DNA of 64,000 bases from an uncultured beta proteobacterium (GTDB lineage: Bacteria > Pseudomonadota > Gammaproteobacteria > Burkholderiales > SG8-39), in NCBI GenBank assembly GCA_963789885.1, contig CAWBNB010000033.1:29770-93769 (forward strand), given 5' to 3'. The notes under the pieces were generated by a model. The model made no database searches. It was given only the letters and a program-made list of their open reading frames with translations, and was not told where the DNA came from. Shown piece by piece: positions 46,370 through 56,447 of the stretch (positions are counted from its first letter, which is position 1; each line of letters starts with the position of its first letter). The position numbers and the translations under genes are program-made.

Positions 46370-47411
46370 CAGTAGAACTCCGCGACACGTTGCGTCATCC
46401 CGGTCCGCGCCGCCTCATAGGCGGCAAGGATCATCGCGAGCGAGCGCCGCCCGTCCTCGAGGCCCATCGGTGGCGCCACGTCGCGCTTCAGGCGCATCGA
46501 CGAACGCGATCGCGTTCTGCTGGTGGAAGCCGCCGGTCTTGAAGCGCGGCACGATGGCCGAGACCTCCCAGGTGCGCTCCGGCTGGTCCGCAGAGTAGAA
46601 GCGCAGGAAACCGCTCGCGGTGTGCTCCTTCGACGCGAGGTCGACGCCGGAGAGGAGCGCGCTGCCCTGGGTGCCGAAGATCTCGACCGAGACGTCGGCG
46701 GCCTGGAAGTTCCAGCCGGTGGCGAGCTCGGCGAGAAGGCCGCCGGGGAACCGGTAGATCGCGAGCGCGGTGTCCTCGACCGCGAGGCCCGAAGTCCGGT
46801 CCGAGACGAGCGCGGTCACCGACTCCGGGTCGCCGAAGAGCCAGCGCAGGAAATCCGCGCCGTGCACGCCCTCGTCGAGGAGGGTCCCGCCGCCCGAACG
46901 GCGCCGGGTTCGCCCACCAGCCGCCGGTGAACGCGGCGTCGTGGCCGTAGCGGTGGCCGTGGCGCACGCGGACGAGCCATGGCGTGCCGAAGAAACCCGC
47001 CTCGAGCCGCCGCCTGATCTCGTGGTTGGCCGGGTCGAAGCGCTTGGGGAAGCTCTGCATGAAGCGCACGCCGGCGCGATCGATCGCTTGCGCGATCGCG
47101 CGCGCGTCCTCGCGCGTGGTCGCGATCGGCTTCTCGCACAGCACATGCTTGCCGCGCGCCGCGGCGCGCTCGATCAGCGGGCGGTGCGCGGCGGTTTCCG
47201 AGCACACCGCGACCGCGTCGACGGCGCCCAGCAGCGCATCGAGCGACGCGACGAACTGCGTCCCGTAGCGTGCGGCGGATTCGGCGCCACGCCGCGGGTC
47301 GTCGTCCCAGACGCCGACGAACGCGACCTCCGGCGAATCGCGAAACACCTCCGACCAGAAGTTCGCGTGATAGTGCGCGAAGCTGAGGATCCCGATGCGG
47401 ATCTCGTTCAT
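46369..47411 (-). pseudogene. Gfo/Idh/MocA-family oxidoreductase interrupted by two 1-nt insertions (near 46904 and 46492)
   Basis: Frame 1 from ATG 47411 reads MNEIRIGILSFAHYHANFW...GGWWANP. Frame 2 reads RRSGGGTLLDEGVHGADFLRWLFG...AIAFVDA. Frame 3 reads LKRDVAPPMGLEDGRRSLAMILAAYEAARTGMTQRVAEFY*. The length of 1043 nt equals 347 codons plus 2 nt. Confidence 0.8.
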
Positions 47412-48478
47412 GCCTGCCTCACCGCTTCGGCCACCGGCACGACCCGCTCGGTACGACCCGATTCGGCGGAGCGATAGATCGCCTCCGCGAGGAGCAGGGT
47501 CGCGAGGCCGTCGAGTGCCGTGCGGTCGGGCGGCAGCTTGCCGCGCACGCGGTCGAGGAAGTCGGCGTGGTGGCGCTCGCCGAACCGGCGCGCGGGCAGT
47601 TCCGGCACGACCCATTCGCGCTTGCCGGTGACGCCGGGCGCGAAGAGCGCGAGCGGCCCGCGCTCGGAGCGCAGGCGGATCGTGGCGTCGGCGCAGAAGA
47701 TCTCGCAGGCGAAGCGATCGGTGCCGGCCTGCTCGGTCAGGTCCATCTCGTGCGAGACGAGCGGCCCGTCGGCGAACCGGTAGGTCGCGAACGCGTGGTC
47801 CTCGTTGTCGGGGCGCACGGTCGTGCCGTCCTTCAGGCGGCGCTCGGCGAGGAGCTGGGCGACCGTCGCCGACACGGTCGCCACGTCGCCGAAGAGGAAG
47901 CGCAGCACGTCCATGCCGTGCACGCCGAGCTGCAGGACTACGCCGCCGCCGACCTTTTCGCGCGAGAAGAACCACGCGCTCCAGTCCGGCCCGGGCGTCG
48001 CGTTGCGCATGCGCGCCGAGAGCACCGGCCCGGCCGCGCCGCCGGCGAGGAGCTCGGCGGTGCGCTGCACCTCCTCGAAGTAGCGGTGCATGAAGCTCAC
48101 CTGGAGGAAGACGCTGCCGCGGCGCGCGGCCTCCAGGATGCGCAGGCACTCGGCGCTCGAACGCCCCATGGGCTTTTGCAGCAGCACCGCCTTGCCCGCC
48201 GCCGCGGCGGCGCACGCGATCTCGCAGTGGGTGTCGTCGGGTGTCGCGATTACCACCGCGTCGACGTCGCGCCGATCGAGCACCGACCGCCAGTCGGTCG
48301 CGACCTCCGGGATCGCAAAGCGACGGGCGACCTCGCCGGCGCGCTCTCGCGAGCGCGCGGCAATGACGCGCACCGCGGCGCCGCCCGCTGCCGCAAGGCC
48401 GGCGAGGTGATAGTCGGCGATCGAGCCGGCACCGAGGAATCCGACGCCGACCGTACCGGCGGCCGCGTGCCCGGTCAT
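47408..48478 (-). CDS. Gfo/Idh/MocA-family oxidoreductase
   Basis: Lies in ORF 47408-48946, with the start at ATG 48478 (MTGHAAAGTVGVGFLGAGSIADYHL...). There are ATGA overlaps at both ends. Confidence 0.85.
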   Translation of the reverse strand: MTGHAAAGTVGVGFLGAGSIADYHLAGLAAAGGAAVRVIAARSRERAGEVARRFAIPEVATDWRSVLDRRDVDAVVIATPDDTHCEIACAAAAAGKAVLLQKPMGRSSAECLRILEAARRGSVFLQVSFMHRYFEEVQRTAELLAGGAAGPVLSARMRNATPGPDWSAWFFSREKVGGGVVLQLGVHGMDVLRFLFGDVATVSATVAQLLAERRLKDGTTVRPDNEDHAFATYRFADGPLVSHEMDLTEQAGTDRFACEIFCADATIRLRSERGPLALFAPGVTGKREWVVPELPARRFGERHHADFLDRVRGKLPPDRTALDGLATLLLAEAIYRSAESGRTERVVPVAEAVRQA

Positions 48479-49530
48479 GCCTTCCACCGCCCGCGCACCT
48501 TGACCAGCGACGGGTCGATGCGCTCGAGCGGATCGGTGTACGTGTAGTCGAGGACGTTGATGCGCTTCCTGATCCGCCCTGACGCCTCGAGGAACGCGGC
48601 GGTCCGCTCCATGTCCTCCACGTACGCCTCGTCGAACGCGGGATTGAAGACGTAGTCGCCCCAGATCGCGCGGTTCGCCGCGGCGTCCTGCTTCTGGAAC
48701 TCGGAGAAGATCCGCACCGTCTCGTCGCGGCGGGCGGGGTCGGCGCTCTGCCGCTGGCCGCGCAGCAGCACCGCGAGCATCGCGCCCACCGCCTGCGGAT
48801 TCTTGCGGACGTAGTCCTGGTTGGCGACGAAGATCGACCGGTTGTTCGAGACGCGCACGGTCTGGCCCTTGTTCGCGGCGAACTCGCTCGTCGACCCGGT
48901 GTGCACGAGCTTCGTCTGGCCGGCGGCGAGCGCGCGCTGGGGCCACGGCTCCCAGCAGAGCAGCCCCTGCACCGTCCCCGAGGCGAGGCCGGCGAGCTGC
49001 TCCGGCGGCGGCAGGTTCACCACCTGCAGCTTCTGCTGGTCGAGCTTGTAGTACTGCGCCAGGTAGTACAGCAGCGCGCTCGAGGTCGAGCCCTGCAGCA
49101 GGCCGATCTTGATCTTGTAGAGGTCCTCGGGCGTGTTGACGTTAGCGTCGTTGCGCACCACGAGCTTCTCGAGGTTCCAGTTCACGCAGTTCGTGCCGAG
49201 CACGACGACCGGGCTGCCATTCGACGCCATCGAGATCGGCGGCAGGTTCCCCGGCGTCCAGAGCTGGATCTCCCCCGCGAGCAGCGCCTCGCCGGCGAGC
49301 GCACCGGCGGTGAAGGTGCGCGTCTTCACGTCCGAGAACCCGGCGTCCTTGAACCAGCCCTGCGTGATGCCGAGGATGTGGGGCGCGAACGGCGGATCGA
49401 CGCCGAATCCGAGCGCGAGGTTCGCCGACTCCGGGCGCGGTCCTTGTGCGCTCACGAGTCCCGGGAGCACGGATGGACCCGCCAGGGCGCCGGCACCTGC
49501 GGCGAGAAGCTGTCTGCGTTTGTTGTCCAT
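48475..49530 (-). CDS. ABC transporter substrate-binding protein (NitT/TauT, NMT1-like) with Tat-like leader
   Basis: Lies in ORF 48475-49584, with the start at ATG 49530 after GGAGGAG. N-terminus MDNKRRQLLAAGAGALAGPSVL. Confidence 0.75.
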   Translation of the reverse strand: MDNKRRQLLAAGAGALAGPSVLPGLVSAQGPRPESANLALGFGVDPPFAPHILGITQGWFKDAGFSDVKTRTFTAGALAGEALLAGEIQLWTPGNLPPISMASNGSPVVVLGTNCVNWNLEKLVVRNDANVNTPEDLYKIKIGLLQGSTSSALLYYLAQYYKLDQQKLQVVNLPPPEQLAGLASGTVQGLLCWEPWPQRALAAGQTKLVHTGSTSEFAANKGQTVRVSNNRSIFVANQDYVRKNPQAVGAMLAVLLRGQRQSADPARRDETVRIFSEFQKQDAAANRAIWGDYVFNPAFDEAYVEDMERTAAFLEASGRIRKRINVLDYTYTDPLERIDPSLVKVRGRWKA

Positions 49531-49620
49531 CGTCTCCTCCTGGTGATCACGACACGAGGGGCCACAGCTCCTCGTGCTCCCCAAAGCCAGGGAAACCGCT
49601 ATCCGGTTTCGTCCTGGTGG

Positions 49621-50382
49621 TCACACTGCGTGCCAGCGGCCGACCGAGCGCCGGATCGCGACGCCGAGCACCCAGTCCGTCGCGAGCGCGGCGAGCCCGA
49701 TCAGCAGGATGCCAAAGATGATCACCCCGACATCGGCCGTCTGGCGCGCGTTCATGATCATAAAGCCCATCCCGGTGTCGGCCGCGATCAGCTCGGCGGC
49801 GACCAGCACGCCGAACGAGAGCCCCCAGCCGACGCGCAGGCCGATCGCGATGTCGGGCAGGGCCGCCGGCAGAATCACTCGCGTCAGGAGGACGATGCCG
49901 CTCACGTCCATCGTCTGCGCCGCGCGCACCAGCGTCGGGTCAACGCTCGTGATTCCGCGGTAGGCGTTGGTGAGCACCGGGAAGAACGCGCCGAGGAAGA
50001 TGACGAATACCTTCGAGGCTTCGCCCAGTCCGAACCACACGATCGCCATCGGGATCCACGCGAGCGGCGGGATCGGCCGGAGCAGCTCGATCACCGGGCG
50101 GACGAAATTGCCGAAGGTGCGATACCAGCCGGCCGCAATCGCGATCGCGATGCCGAGCGCGGCACCCGCTGTGAAACCGGCCGCGATCCGGCCGAGGCTG
50201 ACGGCGACATGACCGCCGATCGTCGCGAGGGAAAGCTTGGTGAGCGCCTCCGCGATCGCCCGGCTCGGCGGCGGGAAGAGCGCGCTCGCCGGGCCGGCCC
50301 GCGCGGCGAGCTCCCAGGCGGCGAGGAACGCGAGCGTCCCGGCCACGCCGAGCGCGATCTCGCGCGAGCGGGAGCGAGTCAT
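49621..50382 (-). CDS. ABC transporter permease (NitT/TauT family)
   Basis: Forms the C-terminal 253 aa of ORF 49621-51132, with the start at ATG 50382 (MTRSRSREIALGVAG...). It has a binding-protein-dependent transport inner-membrane motif region. Confidence 0.8.
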   Translation of the reverse strand: MTRSRSREIALGVAGTLAFLAAWELAARAGPASALFPPPSRAIAEALTKLSLATIGGHVAVSLGRIAAGFTAGAALGIAIAIAAGWYRTFGNFVRPVIELLRPIPPLAWIPMAIVWFGLGEASKVFVIFLGAFFPVLTNAYRGITSVDPTLVRAAQTMDVSGIVLLTRVILPAALPDIAIGLRVGWGLSFGVLVAAELIAADTGMGFMIMNARQTADVGVIIFGILLIGLAALATDWVLGVAIRRSVGRWHAV

Positions 50383-51179
50383 CGGCGCACCTCGGCGAGG
50401 CCGCGATGCCAGGGCAGGAGCGCGCGCTCGATCCACCCGAGGCCGGCGGTGAACGCAAAACCGAGGAAACCGAGCGCGATCATGCCGACGATGCTCACGT
50501 CGGTGCGGTAGAACGTTCGCGCCTCCATGATCAGCGCGCCGAGTCCGGCGACGGTCGCGATCATCTCGGCGCCGACGATGACCATGAAGCCCACGCCGAT
50601 CGCCACGCGCGCGCCGGCGAGGAGCCGCGGGGTCGCGGCCGGGAGGACGACCTTGAAGAAAAGCGCCGGGCCGCCGACGTCCATCGTGCGCGCGGCGCGG
50701 ACGAGGACCGGATCGACGTACTTCGCCGCCGCGGTCGCGTTCGTGAGCATCACCCAGAAGCAGGCGTAGGCGATCAGCATCACCTTGGACGTCTCGCCGA
50801 GGCCGAACCACAGCAGCGCGAGCGGCAGGAGGCTGAGCGTGGCGACCGAGCGCGCGAACGTCACGACCGGCAGGGTCAGCTGATCGAGCGCCGGAGCCCG
50901 GCCGATCAGGAGGCCGAGCGGAATCGCGACGACAGTGGCGAGCGCGAACCCGGTGAGGATCCGCTGGATGGTGACGAGCGCGTGCGTCCCGATCCGCGTC
51001 CCCGTCGGGAACCCCGCGACGATCATTTCCCAGGATGCGGCGGCGATGCGCGAAGGCGGCGGAAACTGGAACGGCTTCAGCCATCCAAGCGTGGAGGCGG
51101 CTTCCCACAGTACGAGGAGGAGGATCACGCACGCCGCGCCCTGGACGCCGGGAAGCGCGAGCCAGCGGCGCGTGCTCAC
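50379..51179 (-). CDS. ABC transporter permease (NitT/TauT family)
   Basis: Lies in ORF 50379-51371. The probable GTG start at 51179 overlaps the upstream stop (GTGA). Sequence VSTRRWLALPGVQGAACVILLLVLWE.... Confidence 0.75.
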   Translation of the reverse strand: MSTRRWLALPGVQGAACVILLLVLWEAASTLGWLKPFQFPPPSRIAAASWEMIVAGFPTGTRIGTHALVTIQRILTGFALATVVAIPLGLLIGRAPALDQLTLPVVTFARSVATLSLLPLALLWFGLGETSKVMLIAYACFWVMLTNATAAAKYVDPVLVRAARTMDVGGPALFFKVVLPAATPRLLAGARVAIGVGFMVIVGAEMIATVAGLGALIMEARTFYRTDVSIVGMIALGFLGFAFTAGLGWIERALLPWHRGLAEVRR

Positions 51180-51961
51180 CGCAGGTGCTCCCAGATGCGC
51201 TCGTGGAGCCGTGCGAGCTGCGGGTCGGCGCGGCCGCGCGGGCGGGGCGCGGCGAGCGGGTACTCGGCGACGAGGCCGCCGCCGCCCATCACCACGATCC
51301 GGTCGGACAGCATGAGCGCCTCGGTGATGCTGTGGGTCACGAACAGCACCGTCTTCCGGCGCGACGACCACACGCGGAGCAGCTCGTCCTGCATCTCGAT
51401 GCGCGTGATCTCGTCGAGCGCGCCGAACGGCTCGTCCATCAGCAGGATCTGCGGATCCTGGGCGAGCGCACGGGCGATCGCGACCCGCTGCTGCATGCCG
51501 CCGGAGAGCTGGGAGGGATACCGGTCCCCGTAGCCCGTGAGCCCGACGAGCGCGAGCAGCTGCTCGGCCTCGCGCCGGCAGCCGGCGGCGTCGAGGCCGC
51601 GGCTCCGCGCGCCGAACTCGATATTGCGGATCGCCGTGAGCCAGGGGAAGAGCGCCTGCGCCTGGAACACGACGCCCTTGCCGCGTCCCGGCCCGGTGAC
51701 GGCGACGCCGTCGACGAGGACTTCGCCCGCGCTTGCCTCCACCAGCCCGGCGATGATGTTGAGCAGCGTCGTCTTGCCGCAGCCGCTGCGGCCGACCAGC
51801 GTCACGAACTCGTTCTCGGCGACCTCGAGGTCTATGCCGTTCAGCACCGCCGCGCCGCCCGACGCAGCGTCGTAGCGCTTCGTGACTGCGCGCACCGCGA
51901 TCTTCGCTCGCGCCCGCGCGACCGGTTCCGGCGATTCCGCGTGCGCGCTGCGCACGTGCAC
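51176..51961 (-). CDS. ABC transporter ATP-binding protein (NitT/TauT family)
   Basis: Lies in ORF 51176-52114. The probable GTG start at 51961 overlaps the sulfatase stop by 1 nt. Walker A GRSGCGKTT, signature LSGGMQQRVAIARAL, Walker B LLMDEPFGALD. Confidence 0.8.
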   Translation of the reverse strand: MHVRSAHAESPEPVARARAKIAVRAVTKRYDAASGGAAVLNGIDLEVAENEFVTLVGRSGCGKTTLLNIIAGLVEASAGEVLVDGVAVTGPGRGKGVVFQAQALFPWLTAIRNIEFGARSRGLDAAGCRREAEQLLALVGLTGYGDRYPSQLSGGMQQRVAIARALAQDPQILLMDEPFGALDEITRIEMQDELLRVWSSRRKTVLFVTHSITEALMLSDRIVVMGGGGLVAEYPLAAPRPRGRADPQLARLHERIWEHLR

Positions 51962-53424
51962 TAGGACCTCGCGGGCTCCACTACCGCGGCGACGCCGGGG
52001 GGTGGCGTGTAGACGAGCAGCCCTTCCTTGCGGATCGCGTCGTTGCCACCCCAGTACTCGGCCTTTGCGTGCTGGTCGGCGCGCGCCCGTGCGTCCACCG
52101 CCTCCGGATCGCAAATCATGCGGAGCCGCGCTTCGAGCCGGTCGGCGATCGCGCCCCCGGCCGCAGTCGCGCCGAAATCGCGCGACTCGTCCGGATCGGC
52201 GTCGAGGTCGAAGAGCTGCCGCGGCGCGTCGACGTGGTAGATCAGCTTGTGCCGCCCGTCGCGCAGCATGAACGCGCCGCGCCGCGAACCGGCGGCGTGG
52301 TACTCGGCGAACACGGGTCGGCGCGACGTGGCATCGCCGAGGAGCGGGACGCCGAGCAGCTCGCGCTCCGCCGGCTCGGCCGCGAGGCCCGCGCTCCCGA
52401 CCAGCGTCGGATAGAGGTCAACGTGCGACACCGGGGCCTCGACGACGTGCCCCGCCGGGACGCCGGGCCCGCACATCACGAGCGGAATCGCCGCCGACGG
52501 ATCGAGCAGGGTGTATTTGCCGAAGAGCCCGTGCGCGCCGAGCGCCTCGCCGTGGTCGCTCGTGTACACGACGCGCGTGTCCGAAAGCACGCCGAGCGAT
52601 TCCGCGGCGCGCATCACCGTCCCGATCTCGCGGTCGAGGTGCGTGACGAGCGCGTAGTAGCACGCCGCGATCCGCCGCAGCGCGCCCTCGTCGGCCATCG
52701 CCTGAAAGCCCATGATCCGGCGCAGATGCTCGAGCGCAGGATGCAACGGGCGTTCGTCCGGGCGAAAGAGCGGGGGCAGCGGCATCGCACCGGGCGGATA
52801 CGCGTCGAGCAGCTCCTGCGGCACCGTGAACGGCGGATGCGGGCTCACGTAGGAGACGAAGAGCACCCACGGCCGGTCGCGCCGCGCGGCGCGGCGCCGC
52901 AGCCACTCGATCGCGAGCCGCGAGATCTCGCCGTCGTACTCCTGGTAGTGGCTCGCGCCCGCGTGCGACTGTTCGAGATAGAGGCCCCACTGTCCGGCAT
53001 TCACCGGCTCCTCGTCCGACCAGCGGAGCAGCATGCTGACGCCGCCCTTGCCGTTCAGGATGTGCATCGGCGCGAGCTCTTCGGTGAAGCCGTTGTCGTC
53101 GTCGCTCGAGCGGAAGTGGAGCTTGCCGACCGACACGACCTCGGCGCCGGCGTCGCGCAGGCGATGCATCCAGCTCCGGCAGCGGCCGTCGTACACGATT
53201 GCGTTGTCCCAGTAGCCGGTCTGGAACGGGAAGCGGCCGGTCGCGATCGCCGCGCGGGCGGGGCAGCAGAGCGGGCTCGCCGTGTACGCGTTCGCGTACC
53301 GCGTGCCAGCGGCCGCGATCCGGTCGATCGTCGGCGTGCGGACGACCGGATTGCCGTAGCAGCCGGTCGCGCCGCGCGCGTGGTTGTCGGAGAGGAAGAA
53401 GAGCCAGTTCGGGGGGCGCGCCAT
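51961..53424 (-). CDS. Cys-type sulfatase (alkaline-phosphatase superfamily), no signal peptide
   Basis: Lies in ORF 51961-53565, with the start at ATG 53424 (MARPPNWLFFLSDNH...). The sulfatase CxPxR signature sits in SPLCCPARAAIATGR. 487 aa. Confidence 0.85.
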   Translation of the reverse strand: MARPPNWLFFLSDNHARGATGCYGNPVVRTPTIDRIAAAGTRYANAYTASPLCCPARAAIATGRFPFQTGYWDNAIVYDGRCRSWMHRLRDAGAEVVSVGKLHFRSSDDDNGFTEELAPMHILNGKGGVSMLLRWSDEEPVNAGQWGLYLEQSHAGASHYQEYDGEISRLAIEWLRRRAARRDRPWVLFVSYVSPHPPFTVPQELLDAYPPGAMPLPPLFRPDERPLHPALEHLRRIMGFQAMADEGALRRIAACYYALVTHLDREIGTVMRAAESLGVLSDTRVVYTSDHGEALGAHGLFGKYTLLDPSAAIPLVMCGPGVPAGHVVEAPVSHVDLYPTLVGSAGLAAEPAERELLGVPLLGDATSRRPVFAEYHAAGSRRGAFMLRDGRHKLIYHVDAPRQLFDLDADPDESRDFGATAAGGAIADRLEARLRMICDPEAVDARARADQHAKAEYWGGNDAIRKEGLLVYTPPPGVAAVVEPARS

Positions 53425-53582
53425 CGGCGAATTCCGGTGGGGACGGGCTAGCGGAGATCGGGGTGGTAACGATAACGGTCGCCGCGCATGTGCGCCTGAG
53501 GAAGCTCGGCCGGGCGGTCGCCGACGGACATCCGAACGTATGGTAGGGTCGCCACGTCGCATCATGCAAGCGCGCGGCGCGG

Positions 53583-54860
53583 ATGACAGTCGTTCTGGAC
53601 GGCCGGACGAAGGGGCTCGCGGCGGGCGTCACTGGGCTCGCGCTCGCCGACGTCGGTCGGGCCGGCTGGAACGTGCTCGCCGAGGATCTGCCGCTTCCGC
53701 TCGCGCTGCTCAAGGACTCCGCGCTCCGCCACAACTCCGCCTGGATGCGGCGGTTCCTCGCCGCGACCGGCGTCGCGCTCGCGCCGCACGGCAAGACGAC
53801 GATGAGCCCGCAGCTCTTCGCGCGCCAGCTCGCGGACGGCGCCTGGGGCATCACCGTCGCCACCGTCCAGCAGCTCCGCGTCTGCCGGGAGCACGGCATC
53901 GCCAGGGTGCTCCTCGCCAACCAGCTCGTCGGGCGGCAGGCGATCGGCTACGTGCTCGACGAGCTCGCCCGCGACCCGGCGTTCGAGTTCTACGCGCTGG
54001 TCGACTCCGTGGCCGGCGTCGACGCGCTCGCCGCGGCCGCCCGCGCCCGCCGTGCGACGCGACGCCTGCGGCTGCTGCTCGAGTGCGGCGTCGACGGCGG
54101 CCGCGCCGGCTGCCGGACCCTCGGGCAGGCCCGTGCCGTCGCGGAACGGGTCGTGGCGGCGCGCGACGTGCTCGCGCTCGCCGGGGTCGAGGGCTACGAA
54201 GGCTCGGTACCCGGCGCCGCGCCGGACGAGCAGGAGCGGAACATCGGCCGCTTCGTCGGGTTCATGGTCGAGGTCGCGGCGGCCTGCGCGGACGCGAAGT
54301 GGTTCGACACCGAGCCGGTCCTGCTCTCGGCCGGCGGCTCGGCGTTCTTCGACCTCGCCGCGACCCTGCCCAAGTCGCTCGCCGGCAGGCCGACGCAGGT
54401 GCTCCTCCGCAGCGGCTGCTACCTGACCTACGACACCGACGTCTACCGGCGCGCATTCGAGCGGATGCGCGACCGCACGCCCGCGGTCGCCGCGCTCGGC
54501 GACGGCCTGCACGAGGCGCTCGAGGTCTGGGCGTACGTGCAGTCGACGCCCGAGCCCGGCCTCGCGATCCTCACGATCGGCAAGCGCGACGTGTCGCACG
54601 ATCTCGCGCTGCCGTTCCCGCGCTGGCATTTCCGGCCCGGCGCGGCCGGCGCGCCGACCGCGGTCCCGGCGGACTGGAGGATCGCGACGCTCAACGACCA
54701 GCACGGCTACCTGCGCACGGGATCCCGGCCCGAGCTCCGGGTCGGCGACATGATCGGCTGCGCGATCTCCCACCCGTGCACCACCTTCGACAAGTGGCGC
54801 TTCCTGCCGATCGTCGATGACCGCTACGGCGTGGTCGACGCCGTCGTCACCTGTTTCTGA
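53583..54860 (+). CDS. PLP-dependent amino-acid deaminase / D-serine dehydratase-like protein (alanine-racemase-N fold)
   Basis: 425-aa ORF. The PLP-Lys context is LAPHGKTTMSPQL, and the C-terminal motif is GCAISHPCTTFDKW. Confidence 0.75.
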   Translation: MTVVLDGRTKGLAAGVTGLALADVGRAGWNVLAEDLPLPLALLKDSALRHNSAWMRRFLAATGVALAPHGKTTMSPQLFARQLADGAWGITVATVQQLRVCREHGIARVLLANQLVGRQAIGYVLDELARDPAFEFYALVDSVAGVDALAAAARARRATRRLRLLLECGVDGGRAGCRTLGQARAVAERVVAARDVLALAGVEGYEGSVPGAAPDEQERNIGRFVGFMVEVAAACADAKWFDTEPVLLSAGGSAFFDLAATLPKSLAGRPTQVLLRSGCYLTYDTDVYRRAFERMRDRTPAVAALGDGLHEALEVWAYVQSTPEPGLAILTIGKRDVSHDLALPFPRWHFRPGAAGAPTAVPADWRIATLNDQHGYLRTGSRPELRVGDMIGCAISHPCTTFDKWRFLPIVDDRYGVVDAVVTCF

Positions 54861-54874
54861 GCGAGGACCGTCTC

Positions 54875-56335
54875 TTGGCGATGACCCCGAAGAACCTCCT
54901 GATTCTCATGTCCGACGAGCACAACCCGAAGGTGATGGGCTGCGCCGGGCACGGAATCATCCGCACGCCGAACCTCGACGCGCTGGCCGCGCGCGGCACG
55001 CGCTTCACCAGCGCGTACACGACCTGCCCGATCTGCGTGCCGGCGCGCGCGGCGTTCGCGGTGGGGAAGTACGTAAACCAGATCGGCTACTGGGACAACG
55101 GCGACGCCTACGAGGGTGCGATCCCGAGCTGGCACCACCGCCTCCGCGCGCTCGGGCACGAGGTGGTCTCGATCGGCAAGCTGCACTTCCGCGGCGCGAA
55201 GGGCGACGACCACGGCTTCACGAAGGAGATCGTGCCGATGCACGTCATCGACGCGATCGGGGACGTAAAGGGCTTCATCCGCCACGACATCCCGAAGCGC
55301 AAGGGCGGCGACAAGATGGCGAAGTACGCCGGGCCGGGCGAGTCGCCCTATACCGTGTACGACCGCGACATCGCCGCGCGGGCGCAGGTCTGGCTGCACG
55401 AGGCCGCCCGCCGCCAGCACGACCGGCCGTGGGTGCTGTTCGTGTCGTTCGTTGCGCCCCACTTTCCGCTCACCGCGCCGCCCGAGTGGTACTACGAGTA
55501 CGCGTCGCGCGACCTGCCGATGCCGAAACAGTACGCGCCCGCCGAACGGCCGGATCATCCCTACCTGCGCGACTATGCCCACTGCGTCGACTACGACACG
55601 CACTTCAAGAACCCGGCGGACGTGAAGCGCGCGATCGCGGGCTACTACGGGCTGGTGAGCTCGCTCGACGAGAACATCGGCAAGGTGCTGCGCGCGCTCG
55701 AGCGGAGCGGGCTCGCCGGCGACACGCGCGTCGTCTACACGTCGGATCACGGCGACAACGTCGGCGCGCGCGGACTGTGGGGCAAGTCGACGTTCTACGA
55801 GGAATCCGCCGGCGTGCCGCTGATCCTCGCGGGCGAGGGCGCGCCGGCCGCGGCGGTGCGCGATGCACCGGCGAGCCACGTCGACATCTACCCGTACGTG
55901 TTCGAGTGCGTCGGTGTGCCGGTGCCGGGCGACGACGGCCATCCCGGCGTCTCGCTCGCGCGGCTCGCCGCCGGCGAACGGCCGGACCGGGCGGTCCTGA
56001 GCGAGTATCATGCGATCGGCTCGGTCGCGGGCGCCTTCATGCTGCGCGACGGGAATTACAAGTACGTACACTACGTCGCCTACCGGCCGCAGCTCTTCGA
56101 TCTCGCGCGCGATCCCGGCGAGCTGGTCGATCTCGCGGGCGACCCCGCGTACGCACCGGTGCTGGAGCGGCTCCACAAGCGCCTCCTCGGGCTCTGCAAT
56201 CCGGACGAGGTCGACGCGCGCGCCAAGCGGCGCCAGGCGGAGCTGCTCGCGCGGTTCGGCGGGCGCGAGGCGGCGCTCGCGCGGGGCGATCTCGGCTTCA
56301 CGCCGGCACCGGGCACGCCGCCCGAGATGAACTAA
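54875..56335 (+). CDS. Cys-type sulfatase paralogue, no signal peptide
   Basis: 486-aa ORF starting MAMTPKNLLILMSDEHN.... The CxPxR signature sits in TTCPICVPARAAFAVGK. It shares blocks with 51961-53424 (GYWDN, SIGKLHFR, DHGFT.E). Confidence 0.85.
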   Translation: MAMTPKNLLILMSDEHNPKVMGCAGHGIIRTPNLDALAARGTRFTSAYTTCPICVPARAAFAVGKYVNQIGYWDNGDAYEGAIPSWHHRLRALGHEVVSIGKLHFRGAKGDDHGFTKEIVPMHVIDAIGDVKGFIRHDIPKRKGGDKMAKYAGPGESPYTVYDRDIAARAQVWLHEAARRQHDRPWVLFVSFVAPHFPLTAPPEWYYEYASRDLPMPKQYAPAERPDHPYLRDYAHCVDYDTHFKNPADVKRAIAGYYGLVSSLDENIGKVLRALERSGLAGDTRVVYTSDHGDNVGARGLWGKSTFYEESAGVPLILAGEGAPAAAVRDAPASHVDIYPYVFECVGVPVPGDDGHPGVSLARLAAGERPDRAVLSEYHAIGSVAGAFMLRDGNYKYVHYVAYRPQLFDLARDPGELVDLAGDPAYAPVLERLHKRLLGLCNPDEVDARAKRRQAELLARFGGREAALARGDLGFTPAPGTPPEMN

Positions 56336-56343
56336 GGTGAAAC

Positions 56344-56360
56344 CGATGCCGGAGGCATCG
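56344..56360 (+). terminator. Weak hairpin after the sulfatase gene
   Basis: 7-bp stem CGATGCC / GGCATCG with loop GGA, followed by CTTTCG. A second, stronger stem-loop lies at 56381-56402 (ACGAGGGGG cgtg CCCCCTCGT). Confidence 0.3.
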
Positions 56361-56447
56361 CTTTCGTGGAACCGGGGAGCACGAGGGGGCGTGCCCCCTC
56401 GTAGCGTGGACAACTAGACCGCGAAAGCGGACCCAAGGAGGAGAACG

